A stretch of DNA of 64,000 nt from the NCBI GenBank assembly GCA_001662655.1, contig KV460227.1; one strand, given 5' to 3'. Source of the stretch: Pseudogymnoascus verrucosus (lineage: Eukaryota). A model generated the notes under the pieces. The model worked only from the letters and a program-made list of their open reading frames with translations. It was not told where the DNA came from and did not search any database. Position numbers and translations under genes: made by a program. Shown in pieces: positions 12,541 to 25,840 of this stretch (position 1 is the first letter of the stretch; every line of letters begins with the position of its first letter).

Positions 12541-14944
12541 GAGTATAAAAGAAGGGGTAGATGGGCGAGGGTTTACTAGACATATATTTCTGCTTTGTTA
12601 TATAATTTAATTTTTGGGTTCGATGAGAACTAGGAAGGTCATACTCGGAAGATTTCAAACAGTTGCATCTAGTCGGAATTAGACCTCTGGAACTAATCAA
12701 CAAAACTCACAGATTCACACATATCCCCACAGCGAACGTGTTACCTTGTATGCGTTTCTTCCGCAACCGAGTCATATTCCGTAATATATTCCAGCCCCTT
12801 CCATTCCCGAAAGATGAAGTTAAAGTCTGTCCATTAAGAAACTGAACAACTGGATAATTAAAATACGTAAACACGCCGAACCAATCTGCTTATCCTGCAG
12901 TTTATCACAGAAGATCGAAATCGGATCATACCTCTCCAAATCGTATCATTTGCATTCTTTAACTGCATATTTGATAGTTGATTACCTGATTTCAAACACA
13001 TGAAAATGCCTCGTTATAATGCTAGAGATGTTAGTTTTGTGTGGAGAGATTTGAGTGGTGGAGAGAAGGGGAAGCTTGTATCTCCCATAGTGTTTTAGTA
13101 TGTACTCTACTTAGGTGGAGAGTAAAGGCCGCTAAGCCACTTCTGGATCATGCAGGGACCCCACGGTCGGCAACGCTCAGTGACGACACAAAAGGCTTGG
13201 CATACGTAGTTTTCTCTCTCCAGCGGGGAACAGATCACACTGCGCACTGCGGTCAAACAATCTCGATGCGCCTCACTCAAGGGATCAGCAGCCGGGAGAT
13301 TGGAATCAACTGAGCTGTAGTATGGCGCTGTACGGGGGGAGATCGCATCATGACGGATAGTGGAGAGAGTTGGGAGGGGAAAGGGGAAAGAGAGACAGAG
13401 AGAGAGATCGGAGATGTGGGGATTGGATTGTTGGAAGAAACAGGAAAAGAACTGAAGCTGGAAGGAGGCAACGCGAGCACTGCTGAGCCACTGAGCCACC
13501 GAGGACCAAGAGATGCGGGCCAGCGAGGTACCCGGTGCGAATATTGCCAGGTATGCGCGCTTCGTTGTCAAAAGTATTAACCAATTCAGCCAGGAGATCG
13601 TCGCGGTCAACCGGCAGGATGGCAAGAGATAGTCGCGGTCAACCGGCGGAAGGGCGATCCGAGTGCTCTAGATTCGAGACTCGAACTCGACCGTCGATAT
13701 TCATGACCTACGCCAATGGCAGCCAGACCGAGACATGACGGGCGATCAGCGGCCAGCGGACGGACTATGACCGAAATATCGAAATATTGAAATATCTGAA
13801 ACTCAAGTGACGGGGAAGGAATCGATCTCGCCCAGGAACGTGCGGCTTTAATAACGTGGAACCACTGTTTTAGTGTGTTGCAAGTGTTGCAAGTACCAAG
13901 AAAGACGGGAAGCCGCGACCCAATATCGCATCACATATGCGCGCATGGTAAACACTACGTCATGTCTACCTCGATTCAACATTTTTTCCCTCTTTTCTTT
14001 TTTTCCTACCAGGAGTTTTTCCCAGATGGGCTGAGGACCCTAGGTGAGCTACCATGTCCACGGATGCCCAGAAGGGAAAGTCGGCCATGCTGCAGGATGC
14101 ATTGGGACACGTCGACGGCGAGCTCTCAGCCCTGTTTGAGCTCAAGGGCAACTAGTACTTCTGCAAGGCGACCTGTTATGGTACAGTCACTATACAGTCA
14201 CTATACAGTACAAGTAACTGTGCAGAAATACTACGGTAGGTGACCATTCTGCAATTATCTGGTTATCTGGTTACAACTCATCCTTTTCTCGTTCCTCAAG
14301 TCGTTTCTCCGCACTTTAATTAAAGTCACTACTATCCACTTATCGTCATCCCCCCACCACCCACCACCACCATCTCACCCACCATCGCCTAACCATGACG
14401 GTCCGGGGGCGCGTATACCTGCCGCCATCGTCCAGCCCCTTATCCTCACCCCGCCGAGGCCTACGTGATCTGCGCCACGCTCGACGTCAGAATCCACGCG
14501 ATAGTGGGCCGGAGCGGTCGCCATGGGCGCCACACCCACTAGAGGTGGGGTTCTTATAAGCCTGCGAAGATCCGGCCTCATGCAGTTATTAATCACCAAA
14601 ACTTGCTTAGCAGCTTAGCAGAAGATACGGACGAGTCTCAATCGGAAGAAAACAAATGATTAACGATAACTGCGAGTAAGACAGGTGGATCGAGGTTGCC
14701 AACCTTTTACACATTCTGGGCCTTGGGGTTTGGGGCAAGACACTTCTCCTTTTCGATCGGCGATACAAGTCCGCATAGGGAGACCTTCAAAGGATATCTA
14801 AGCATCTTCATCCCCCGCGGAAATCTTCATACAAACGATAGCCAAATATTGAAACTTCAAAATTACTCTGACAATTCAACCACTCCCTCCATCTCCACCT
14901 CCACATCCCCAAACTACAACCACACAACCACACAACCTTTCACA

Positions 14945-15259
14945 ATGCCTGCCGCAACACCAACAACCGTCCCCTCGCAGGCCTCAACCACCTCAACCTC
15001 ATACTCCTCGACATCAACTCTCGGCTCGCCGCCCACGACCCTCTCCTCATACAACAACACCATGCTCTCCTACACACGCGCGCAATTCCAACAGTTCCGC
15101 GACACAGCTTCAACTACAGCACCTGAGCTAGGCGAGACGAGGGATAGCTCCAGCACCGCCGGGACAACATCGAGTAGTGGGTCAGTCCCCAGGAAAAGGA
15201 ATGAAGGTCCCGAGTCACCGGTTGCTGCGCATGATTTTGCGTCGGGGAGGAAAGGTTGA
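14945..15259 (+). CDS. Small Ser/Thr-rich hypothetical protein (104 aa)
   Basis: ATG in cacaATG context after a C/A-rich leader; no recognisable domain. Confidence 0.45.
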   Translation: MPAATPTTVPSQASTTSTSYSSTSTLGSPPTTLSSYNNTMLSYTRAQFQQFRDTASTTAPELGETRDSSSTAGTTSSSGSVPRKRNEGPESPVAAHDFASGRKG

Positions 15260-16192
15260 TAGATGGGACTGAACTGATGATTATCTGACAATGGGTGCGA
15301 TCAAAAGATGGACGATACATTATATCACACATGAGATATGAAGCGCCTTCGGGACGGATGGGATGGATTTGATGACTTGGGTCGGCGTAAAGGGGCATAT
15401 TATCGGGACGCAGCATACGGTAGCGCAGCATTTGGGGTCTGGCATTTAGGTCGGGCCTGTACTGCCGTTTGGCATACGTATTGGTTATATTGAAATTTAA
15501 TTCACTCGTTCATGATGGAGTACATTGGATGAGTAAGATGGTTGATGTGATTTTTGTTTCCATTGCCATCACATCTCGCACCACAAATTTATTGTAACAA
15601 ATCATTATGATACAGCCACATGTTGAAAGTTGATAAATTCAAGAAGAAAGGCATTTATTTTGTATGAATTTCGCATCCTGAAGGCTGTACTTCTCATGAG
15701 ACGTGTATTTCCCTCCGCCACACCACACAACAGCCATCACTAGCTTTTTATCAGGGGTACATCTTCATTTGACTAATAAATCCCTCTAGTCGCCTCAATA
15801 CACGCCACCAAACAAACTCTTAAACTATATTTCCGAGACATATCTTAAACACTTGTACAATGACGTATTCGCGCCCAACTCGCCATGAAAAAGCCACCGC
15901 CGGTTACCCCTTCCTTTCCCGACAAGCCGAGACCCGCATCGTCATAACTACTGACCGAAAGATCTAATCTAATCTAATCTATCATCGCCCCTGCCCCAAC
16001 AAGAGATCTGTCAGCCTCGTCCACCCCGAATCAGCATCAACCTACTGTATGCATACCAGATCTGCCCAATTCACGCTAAGAACCCCTACAGAACCTAAAA
16101 ATCGATTATCATTGCTAGTCTGAGAAAATCAATTCTCCCGCGCGCTCACAACCACCTGCAACTCTCCTCTCTACCCCGCCAAACCGCCCACC

Positions 16193-17224
16193 ATGGCCCC
16201 CATCCCCTCCTCGCAAACCCCCCGCCTAATTCTCTACCACCAAACCCACCACACCCCCTCCGGCGATCATGTTCCGCTCCTCCCGCTCCTCAAAACCCCC
16301 TTAACGCACCTCATCCTCGCCGCCATCCACCTCAACGGCCACCCCACCAACCCGCACTTGACGCTCAACGACCACGCGCCCTCGGATCCACGGAACCAGA
16401 CTCTCTTCTCCGAGCTACACGACTTAAAGCGCGGGGGGATCAGGGTGATGGGTATGCTTGGCGGAGCGGCGCAGGGGTCGTTCAAGGTGCTTGATGGGGA
16501 GGAGGGGGAGTTTGAGAGGTATTATAAGTTGTTGTTTGATTTTATCCGCTGGGGGGAGCTGGACGGATTGGATTTGGATGTGGAGGAGAAGATGTCGCTG
16601 GCTGGGGTGATTCGACTGATTGATCGGTTACGCTCGGATTTCGGGGGCGGGTTTATTATTACGCTTGCACCTGTGGCGACGGCGCTGGCGACGAGGGATC
16701 CGAGGGCTAATCTGAGTGGATTTGATTATGCGGATTTGGAGTCGGAGAGGGGAAGCGAGATCGCGTGGTATAATGCGCAGTTCTACTGTGGGTGGGGCGA
16801 TGTGCGGACGCCGACTGGGTATTTGAGGCTCGTGATGGGGGAAGGAGGAGGAGGAGGGTGGGATCCGAGGAAGGTGGTGATGGGTGTTGTGACGAATCAG
16901 GGGAATGGGGCGGGGTTTGTGGAGATGGGGGTTTTTGCGGAGACGCTGATGGGGGTTACGGAGTGGTTGGGGACGGGGTGGGGAGGGGTGATGGGGTGGG
17001 AGTATTTTAATGCTGTGCCGGGGGGGACGGAGAGTCCGTGGGAGTGGGCGGAGATGGTAGGGGGGTTGTTGGGTTCGACAAGAGAAGGAGGAGTTGGAGG
17101 GGTGGATGGGAGTGTGGAGGCGGCAGTGGGGGGAGGTAATGCTGATAGAGCTATTGATGGTGATGGAGAGGTTGCAGAGAAGCCGGCTGGGTTTGAATAT
17201 TTCACGGACGCGAGCGATGCATAA
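16193..17224 (+). CDS. GH18 family, probable cytosolic endo-beta-N-acetylglucosaminidase (Eng18B-like)
   Basis: Catalytic LDGLDLDVEE (DxxDxDxE), MGMLGGAAQG, WYNAQFYCGWG and GVMGWEYFN; no signal peptide. Confidence 0.8.
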   Translation: MAPIPSSQTPRLILYHQTHHTPSGDHVPLLPLLKTPLTHLILAAIHLNGHPTNPHLTLNDHAPSDPRNQTLFSELHDLKRGGIRVMGMLGGAAQGSFKVLDGEEGEFERYYKLLFDFIRWGELDGLDLDVEEKMSLAGVIRLIDRLRSDFGGGFIITLAPVATALATRDPRANLSGFDYADLESERGSEIAWYNAQFYCGWGDVRTPTGYLRLVMGEGGGGGWDPRKVVMGVVTNQGNGAGFVEMGVFAETLMGVTEWLGTGWGGVMGWEYFNAVPGGTESPWEWAEMVGGLLGSTREGGVGGVDGSVEAAVGGGNADRAIDGDGEVAEKPAGFEYFTDASDA

Positions 17225-17500
17225 GTAGGAGGGAGTTCTCACCTGGTAGGCTGGATATCCATTATGAGCCGTATTCGGAGCTTAAAACCAAAACAGAAGA
17301 TAGATTAGTGAAACGCCCTTGTATAGACTATTGTCTTTACAGCTCAAAGAGGCCTTTCCAATAACCAACGCCCAATATTAATACAGTGCTTCCAACTGAC
17401 ATATCCAGTACTGCACGCTAAACCCCGCCAGCATCAAGCAGTATCATCCAGGAAAAGGACCCACGACTGATCGATTTAATACACTCCCTCGCCACCGTTG

Positions 17501-18620
17501 TCACTCCCATACTAGTCCCGAATCCAAAAGGCACCTCCCCAGACTCTTGATGACGTCGGGATGCCTCACGATCTTCCCCGCAAGAGGGAGTTCGAGCACA
17601 ATCTTCCTTAATGCATCACGCACTACAACAAAGAGGGCTTATCAGCACCCCACCCTCTCCACAAACAAAGCAAGGTTGAAAGAGCTACGACTTACAATCC
17701 ACACACTTCTCTATCGCCTCCTTCCCCTCGGTCTCCGAAAGTCCACACTGAAATATCGCCATGCCCAGATACGTGATATGATGCGCCATCGACGACCGCA
17801 CATCCGACATCATCCCCATAACATGATCATCAAACAACTCCGACTTGCAAACCAGATCCAAGTGGGAGCGAAGCCTACTGCGATCCCGGATTTCCATCAC
17901 CGCACGGAACCCGTTCGCCTTACTCTGCTCCTCTTCCTGCGGATCCAATTCCCGCGCCCGCTCGGGGCAGCCGAAATATACGCTCACGTCCTTGCAGTCC
18001 GGATAATCCAAGCGGAGATAGTTTTTATAGACCGTAGCGAGATCGAGGCGAGCACTCCAGGAGGCGTAGAAGCCGGAGATCTGTTCGCACTGGAACGGCG
18101 ATCGGCTGCAGAAATGGTTGATATCGGCTAGGCTGAAAATGACACGTAGGATGTCCTGATTGGGGGCAGGTCCGCGCGATACACGGTTCATGAAGCCCAT
18201 GTACTCGTTGTGGTTGTGGCGGACGATGGCGAGGAGTTCGAGGTTGGTGATTATGCCCTTGAATGCTGGTTCGGCAATGTCGGGCGTGCGGATGATGCCT
18301 TTAAACTGCGGGAGTAGGACGGAGCTTTCGATGGATGTGATGGCGAGGATCTGCTCTTGGAGGGGGTTGTATGCTTCGAGGAATGCGGTTCTGAGGGCAA
18401 ATGATAGGTCGATGTTGTCGGTGTAGTCTGGTACCTCGACCCTGACGAACTGCTCGACTGAGATGGTGTTCGCGTCTACGTTGTATGGGGCTATGGGGAG
18501 GAACGTGTCGCATATTGCGGGCATAATCAATATGGGAGCAGCTTGGATGGCGATTCTGGCGAGCTCGTCGGAATCGTATCTCCAGAGGGCTGTCTTGTAG
18601 AACCTGGAACGTGGTGCCAT
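17501..18620 (-). CDS. Hypothetical protein, 2 exons
   Basis: 311 aa ORF plus GT-AG intron 17695-17623 that extends the frame (LRDALRKIVLE...VWE*) to a stop at 17501. Confidence 0.55.
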
Positions 18621-19072
18621 GATGGATGCTAACTGAGAATGTTTAGTGATTAATCAGATGTAAAGTAATGGGTATATGGGAATACTGGCGAATATCATTA
18701 TCACATGAATGTAGTAAGAGACCGGTTGAAGCCATAGATGGGTCAATGACAGAGTCCTACATTTGTTGAGGAGGGAGCGATCATCAAGAAGCAAGATAGA
18801 CGGAAATGTTATAAACTGGCTACAAAAATAAGCTAGCTAGAAAGTGATAAAGTCTAGTAATAAGCTACCGCCAGGCACGAACTTCTAAACGTGAATTTTA
18901 AGTATTAGCTCCCGGAGCTAGCCATGCCACTTCAGGAATATCCCAGGCACAGATCATTGTTAGTAATTTGCGGCAAGCATCTGATAATTTTGCATAAATA
19001 GCGTATATTTTAGGCACCATATTACAAAATATCAACCACTTTCCGCTCACTTCTCAGCCCACATGGCCCTGA

Positions 19073-20687
19073 TCACCACCAACTCCACCAGCTCTTGGGA
19101 ATCAAACTGACACATCCATGCGTGCTATCCTCTTCAAAAATCCCACCGAATATGGCTCCCTCATGAATTCCAGGCTCCTGGTATCCCTGATGAGGCATAT
19201 CCGTGAAGTTCTTCCCAATGGGTTTCTTAAGCAGTCCAAAGTGCAGCTGGCCTTGCCCAGAGATATCATTGTGAATCGGAGGCGTGACGGGAATCAGCGG
19301 CAGGATAGAAGGGGAGTAGAAAACCTGCGTGGTACTGCGACCTGTTAGTCCTTTTGCATAGAAAGCCGGAGTGAACAAAACTTACTTCTTCGTAAAATCC
19401 AGCCTCAGCCCGAAATTATGCCAATCCTTCCCGAACGGAACCTCAAACAGCGTCTTCCCTCCATTATCATTCGCCACATTCCCCACCAGCCTCAGCCAGT
19501 TCTTCTTCAAGTGACCTCTCGGATCGCTATCATCGATGATACTCCCCGTCTTCAACGCGAACTGATTCGTGCTGTAGTCCGCCGACTCGAGGAAGACGAG
19601 TTGGTACTCGTGCGTGTAGTTGAGCGGGCGCGAGGTGTCGGCGCGCACGCTGAAGTGGAGGGTCTTGATGCCAGTGGTAGAGGGGTCGGAGCCGGTGTTT
19701 GTGGTGGGCATGAGCTCGGCGCGGCGGAAGCCGATTTGGACGTTGTCTGCGGAGGGAGCGAAGATGGAGGTGTCGTCGATGGTTACTTCGATTGCTTTGT
19801 ATGTGGATCCGTCGAACTGGGGGTCGGGTTAGGGACTAGGCTTCGCAGGAGGTCTCCTATGAGTAGAAGAGTAGACTTACCAATGATGGAGGTGATACTT
19901 TGGGGAATTTCGCAATTTCACTCCACTTCAGGCCTGCAAGCAGCGTCAGCATCAAAAACTCTCTCCATTGTTCTTCATGTTTCCATATATATTCTCCATC
20001 CGCAGAAAAATTGGCAGGAGTGACCAGAGGAAGGCACTTGCCACCACTGGGTGATATTTCACTCATAGCTCCTTCCCAAATCTGCCCCTTCTGCTGACCG
20101 ATATGCATATCAAAAGCAGCAGGAGCGGCCACATAAACGCTCCTTCCGCCACTGTATAAAGGCAAAAGTGGCAGAATCGACCTGGGGAACGCTCCTGCCA
20201 CCACAGGTATCAACCCAGAGGTAGCTCCTTCCATCTGATAGCTCCTTCCCAGTTCTATCCAACCTTCTGGCTATCGCGCCTTCCCAAAGGTTTTATCATA
20301 GCTCCTGTCTGAGTGACTTATATCCGCAACTAGGCACAAGCTAGAAATCTCTAGGCCGCCCACCTCTCAACCAGCTCATTCCTTTCCCTTCCGGTTCAAT
20401 CATGCAATCCAAGGCGCTCAGAGCACTCGCCCAGTCCAATTCCTAGCTTCATTTCCACCCCATCCCCCACCCACTCTCCCTCGCAACTACAATTCCAAAA
20501 AAAATAAAAGGAAATGTCTCCAGAACTCACCAGCGCCCTTGACATAATCGGCATTAAAAGGACTCTTCGCCGTATCGAGCAATCCCAGCTTCGCGCTCTT
20601 GGGGACACGTCCATCGAATTGCAGAGGACAATTCTGCGCCGCGACGAGAACTGGCGCGACGGCGAGGAGGGTGGAGAGGATATGCAT
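19073..20687 (-). CDS. Secreted GH131 broad-specificity beta-glucanase, 4 exons
   Basis: Signal peptide, CPLQFDGRVP, IEVTIDDTSIF, QIGFRRAEL, LHFSV, LNYTHEYQLVF, WHNFG, HFGLLKKP, EGAIFGGIFEED. Introns 20530-19934, 19880-19817 and 19385 to about 19335. Confidence 0.85.
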
Positions 20688-21578
20688 GGTGATAGCTTGA
20701 CAATTGAACAAAATTCACGAAAAGCATGCGCGAGGGGAGGGTGAGAAAGAAGAGGAAAGCAGCAGTGAGAGCGCGCGGGGGGAGATTAAGTACAAATCGA
20801 ACAACACCTACCTCCCTCAAGCTTGCCCCAATTCCCCGGTCCGGGGTAATAATAAATGAATGCGATCACTTTACAGTAGAGTGGCCAGCCATACCGCTGT
20901 TCCTGCGTGTTCCGGTCTGGCCGCTGCTTAGTTGGGGGGTTTATCCATATTAAAACCCCGCGGACCCCGGGCCGGGTGAGGGATGGCCCGTGTTGTGCCT
21001 GGTCTCGCCATTGACGGGGGGGATCACGTGGCAGGGGGGCGGGGGGGAAGGGGTGTACTCTCATCTCTTGGTTGCGGTGTGCTTGGAATGATAGAATAGA
21101 GGGGGAAGAAGAAATGGGTCAGGTCAGGCGTGGTGTACGAATTCAAGTTACCAGATATACAAGAAGGAGAAAGGGCATGGAAGGTGATTACTACCCTATT
21201 CAGCCCACTATAGCATTAAACACCCCCTCCACCCCTATTCAGCAACCACCCATATCACATCCTCCCCCTCAAAGCCATTCCACTCACACAATTCCCCATC
21301 TCGCCGTGTTCATCCCGCTGCACTTGCATAATAGTTTCGTAGTCTCTGCTCTGTATACTGCACATTTCCCCGTCTACATATGTGTGTGGTATCGCTTGCA
21401 TATGCATTCGCATGTCCCTCCCCGCATACACATCCCCTCTCCCTCTCTCACTTCTCTCAACCCCAATCACTAACTCAAACTACCTCCTGCAAAAAGAATC
21501 CTACAGTCGCCATCCCTCATGCTACCGAGATGAGATGAGGGATGGGAGATAAGACGCTCCTACGTCCTCGCCACGCAT

Positions 21579-23481
21579 CTATCCACTTCTGCGCTTGCGA
21601 TCCCTACAACAGTATTAGCCTTTGAGCCCTCACAAACCACCAGAAAAGGGAAACTCACGTGCTCAACCTCCTCGACAACGTCTGCAACGCCGTATCATTA
21701 TCCGCCTCAGCCACCGCCCTATCAATCGCCGCCGCCCTCCCCTCAATACTCTGTCTCGTCACCTCCGCATGGCTAGGCGGCAGACGCTCATTCTGAATAT
21801 CCACCTTCCTCGCGTCCTCGAAGCTATTAATAGCATTCTTGATTCCCTCCGCACCCAACATGAGCGTGCCAGCCGGCAGACGCCCACCGGACGCAGTCTT
21901 GAGCTCGGTGACGCGCTCGGATTCCTCGCGCAGGACTTGGAAGACGCGGGAGAGGCGGCCGATGGCGAGGATCTTGTTCTTGATGGCGCGGCGCTTGTAT
22001 TCGATGCTCTCGGGGTCGGTGGGGAGGAGGGCGGGGGCGGCAACGGTGGTGCCGGGGACGCCGCCTTCGGAGATGGGGGAGGAGATGGGGGGGGAGGTGG
22101 AGGCTTCTTCCTTGAGTTCGTCTTCGGAGCAGGTACTGAGGATGGCGATGAGCATGTCTGTGATCTTCTCGCCGACGAAGGGGAGGGACCAGGTGAAGAC
22201 GTCCATGAAGTTGGGGAGCCAGTAGGGGTGAGGGGTGCAATTGAACTGGCGGATGTTCATGACGTTGTTCTCGTACTTGAGGACCGCGGCCTTGTTGTTG
22301 TAGACGTCGAGGTAGTTGGGGGCGGAGAAGATGGTCATCACCGAGGGGAAACCGGTCGTGCGCGTCTTGCGGTACATGCGGTAGCCGGCGTCTTGGGCTT
22401 CGTGCGCGCGGATGATGGAGAGGAGGTTGTTCTTCTCGAGGAAGTTGCAGGCGGCGGGATATGAGAAGAAGTAGGAGCATCCGCGGACGTGGTTGTGGAT
22501 GAAGTATTCAGAGGTCTTCTCTTGACCGAACTCCTCGAGGGGATCTGCCCAGAGGATGTCGCACATCAGGCCTTGGGTGGGGGGCTCGCGGAAACGATCG
22601 ATCTGGGGAAGTTAGAATGGGATATCAATGGTATCGCGTGGCCACTTACGCTCTTCAGGTCATCGAGAGTATGTAATTCGGGGCTCAGTCCACCGTGAAT
22701 GCAAAGGAACTGCTTGTTCATGACCGCAGCGAGGGGCAGGGCGCAGAAGGAGTCCATGCAGGCCTCGTATAGGTTCTCGGAGTACTTGTGCTTGCACTCG
22801 AGCTTGAAGGTGAAGTAGTCGGTCAAATGTCTGCACTCGTGGTTTCCGCGCAGGAGCCACAAGGTGTTGGGGTACCAGATCTTCAGCGACCAGAGGTACA
22901 GCACGCACTCTATACTGAAGTTGCCGCGATCCACGTAGTCACCGAGGAACAGGTATCTGGTGTCCGATGGGTCTCCGCCAACCTCGAACAGCTTCATTAA
23001 GTCGTAATATTGACCGTGGACATCACCGCAGACGGTAATGGGCGCATCCATCTCGAGGAGATTGGGCTCCTGCGAGAGGACCTTGGTTCCCTCATTGATA
23101 ATATACAGGGCCTGCTCCTCCGTAAGGCGTCCCTCTCTGTAGAAGTGCTGCTTCAGGAAAGCCAGATCGGGCTTCGCGGGGTCCTCCTTGGAGAAGAATT
23201 GCTCGTCGGTTGGCGGGCGCATCGCTGGTGCTTGGACGTCTGTTCGCACATGTTAGCCAAAGCGTCTCGTGTGTCTCGGCTCGTCACTTGATTGTAGTGT
23301 AATCCATACCTTTGCAGACTCGCTCCAGGGTGCTGACCTGGCTCCCATCCTCCATGGTGTGCAGTGTGAAGTCGATTTCGGGGATGGGCTTCTTTTCGCT
23401 CAGTGCGCGGATGGCATTGTCAATCTGGGCTCTGTTCGCGCCAGGCAGGGCTCCGGCGACGGCCTCGGTATTATCATCCAT
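21579..23481 (-). CDS. cnaA: Calcineurin catalytic subunit A (PP2B), 4 exons
   Basis: [28 protein letters not shown], CnB-binding [15 protein letters not shown], calmodulin-binding [19 protein letters not shown] and autoinhibitory [17 protein letters not shown]. Introns 23309-23240, 22649-22603 and 21658-21604. Confidence 0.97.
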
Positions 23482-24422
23482 GGTTGCAGATCTCTTGGGA
23501 ATGGAAGTCCCTTTTTCCTATGAATCTATCGCTCCCCGGAAGGTAGGTGGTGAGGAGACCGTGGTATGTCGTGTGCCACGGGTATGAGAAGGTCGTGTTT
23601 TCGTGGGAAAGTTGTGATCTTGTCGGGGTTAGATGAGGATAAGCGTCTAGAATTTTGAGGGGCAGGACGGACGAGGGTGTTGGTGGGATTCGTTGTACTT
23701 GTTATTAGCGACTGGCAGGTACGAAGACGAAGACGAAGACGAAGGCTGTCGAAGAAGGCGCAAATCAGACCGTGACAACGTTAATGGAATCGTATATCTT
23801 CAGGGTCGTTGATCGTTAGATGAGAAGTTGAATCGTAGTCTGCAATCAATGCAGAACTTTGAGGCTGTAGATGTGAAGTGGAGGAGGTAAGAGGAGGTAG
23901 TAGTAGAGTGGGAAGAGGGTTGGTAGAGTACAGTAGAGAGAGTGGAGGATGATGCTGACTTGGGTCAATGAGGTAAGTAGTAGTACTTAGTTTAGGTAAG
24001 GCACAAGCTCAGATAAGGAGGGGGAGAGGAGGTAAGAGTGTGGTAGAGGAGGATAGAATAAGTAGAGATACAAGCAGGACTACTGGAGAGCAACTAACGA
24101 GGGGCGAGGGGAGGGCGAGGCGAGCCTGAAGGTGAATTTGAGGTGAATTAGGGTGAATTGGAGTGAAATTACACTAGGAAGGGGTCACCAGCCACAGTTT
24201 TAGAGGGGATTCAGGGTATAAATGGGGTATTAATAGGGTATACAGGGCATAAAAGGGCATGAAGGGTACAGAAGGGTAGAGAGAGGCTGGGCTCAGCTTG
24301 AGATATGGGTGGCTGTGATTGGCTAGGGGATTGAACCTAAAACACCTAATGATGGGATGATGGAAGGGAAGAGAGTACTTAGCTTACTTAGTGTATATCA
24401 CGTGATGGTATATAGAGGGGTT

Positions 24423-24560
24423 GCCTTGTGGCGTTGATGGTGTGGCATCGATAGTGTGGCCTGATAAGGAAGAGCTGCTGCCTTGTGGCGTCGATAGTGA
24501 GGCTTGATAGGGACGAGCTGTTGTGTTGTGGCGTCAATAGTGTGGCTTGATAAGGGAAGA
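24423..24560. repeat. Degenerate tandem repeat with 14-bp-spaced G(T/A)GGC cores upstream of cnaA
   Basis: Three units like ttgtggcgtcgatagtgtggcttgata; cores at 24428, 24442, 24456, 24485, 24499, 24528 and 24542. Confidence 0.7.
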
Positions 24561-24909
24561 TAGACGTGCTGTTCATACGCATTCAGGGTAGCGAGTGGTA
24601 CGAATTATAGGCGGCATCATACAGTCTGTACATAGAACAATATACTGCATACAAAGAGCTGGCATCTTACTTGACTTACACTCCTCACTCTGAAGAACCC
24701 GGATAACTACGACGAATAATACCTCATCCCTCACGGCCTCGACTCGACCAGCTGTTCCGACCAAGCAACCACGACATACCTGCCCACCAAGGCCACGCCC
24801 GCCGAAATCGAACGATACGAACTCTCAACCACCTCCCCAGCCCATGCTCCACGGCTCTCCTCTGGGCACCTAGCCTCGCGCTGACCCAACTACCATGGTC
24901 TTGATCAAG

Positions 24910-25543
24910 ATGAACGACAGCAGTGAGTGCCCACTCCCCCACTCCCCCATTCCCCCAAACCCCATCTCCAGCTCCAGACAGTCAGTCACTAACACACCAC
25001 CCCCCCACAGAAGCACACCCCCTCCTCGCCCAAGTCCCCCTAACCGTCTCCCCCTTCATCTCCCTCCCGACGGCCACCACTTTGCCCTACACCTACAAGA
25101 CCCTCCCCTCCACCCTCCCCCCCTCCTCCACCACCACCACCACCTCCGCCGCGGGCTCAAGCTCAAAACCCCAATACGTGATCTCCCCCGGCACCGGACA
25201 CGCCGCGCACCCGGACGAGATCATGGCGTCGTGCAAGGCGCTGCAGGCCTACATAACCAAAGTACAAGATGACGCCGACCGCGAGTTGAGGGGGTGGGAG
25301 GAAGGGATTAGAGCGAGGGAGTTGGCGGAGAAGAGGAGGGTGGCGCCGGGGTGGTTGGATAGTGAGAGTAGGATTTTGGAGCCGGTGAGAGGGGGGGAGG
25401 GGAAGGAGGGGGAGAGTAAGAGTATAATGGATAGTGAGACGAAGGAGAAGGAGGGGGAGGGGTTGGGGGAGAGTTTGTCGGAGAGGGTGGTGAGGGAGGG
25501 GGAGGAGATGGATAGGGCGTTTGGGGGGTTGGTGTTAAGGTAG
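24910..25543 (+). CDS. Conserved-looking hypothetical protein, 2 exons
   Basis: ATG 24910 and intron 24923-25010 give MNDSKAHPLLAQVPLTVSPF...KRRVAPGWLD; coiled-coil-like C-terminal half. Confidence 0.65.
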
Positions 25544-25840
25544 GGGTGGGATTGGTGGGGGGGAATGATTAGTATGTTTATACGTATATTTGCTCTGTAT
25601 AGAAAGAAAATATCTAGCAATTCATTCCGTAATTATTTAACAACACTGTTCTGCTCACAATCGCATTGTATTATTGTTGGTGCGTCCCCATCAAACACGC
25701 CTGTCAACCACAGCCGCACACACAAGGCTGCGTTAACGAGCCGCGCCGCCGAAGTTTATTTCACGGACCTCACCCAAGCTTCCCGGTCCATCGCGACCAC
25801 TCCCGCGACCACAGCACAGCACACCACAGCAGAACCACAA

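Noticed and set aside
13107..13650. Possible small minus-strand gene and a 22-bp duplication (13594, 13626)
   Set aside because: Only a 24-codon ATG ORF follows the pyrimidine-rich leader, with no supporting motif. The duplication is short and uninformative.
21622..22464. 280 aa plus-strand ORF
   Set aside because: Antisense shadow of calcineurin A.
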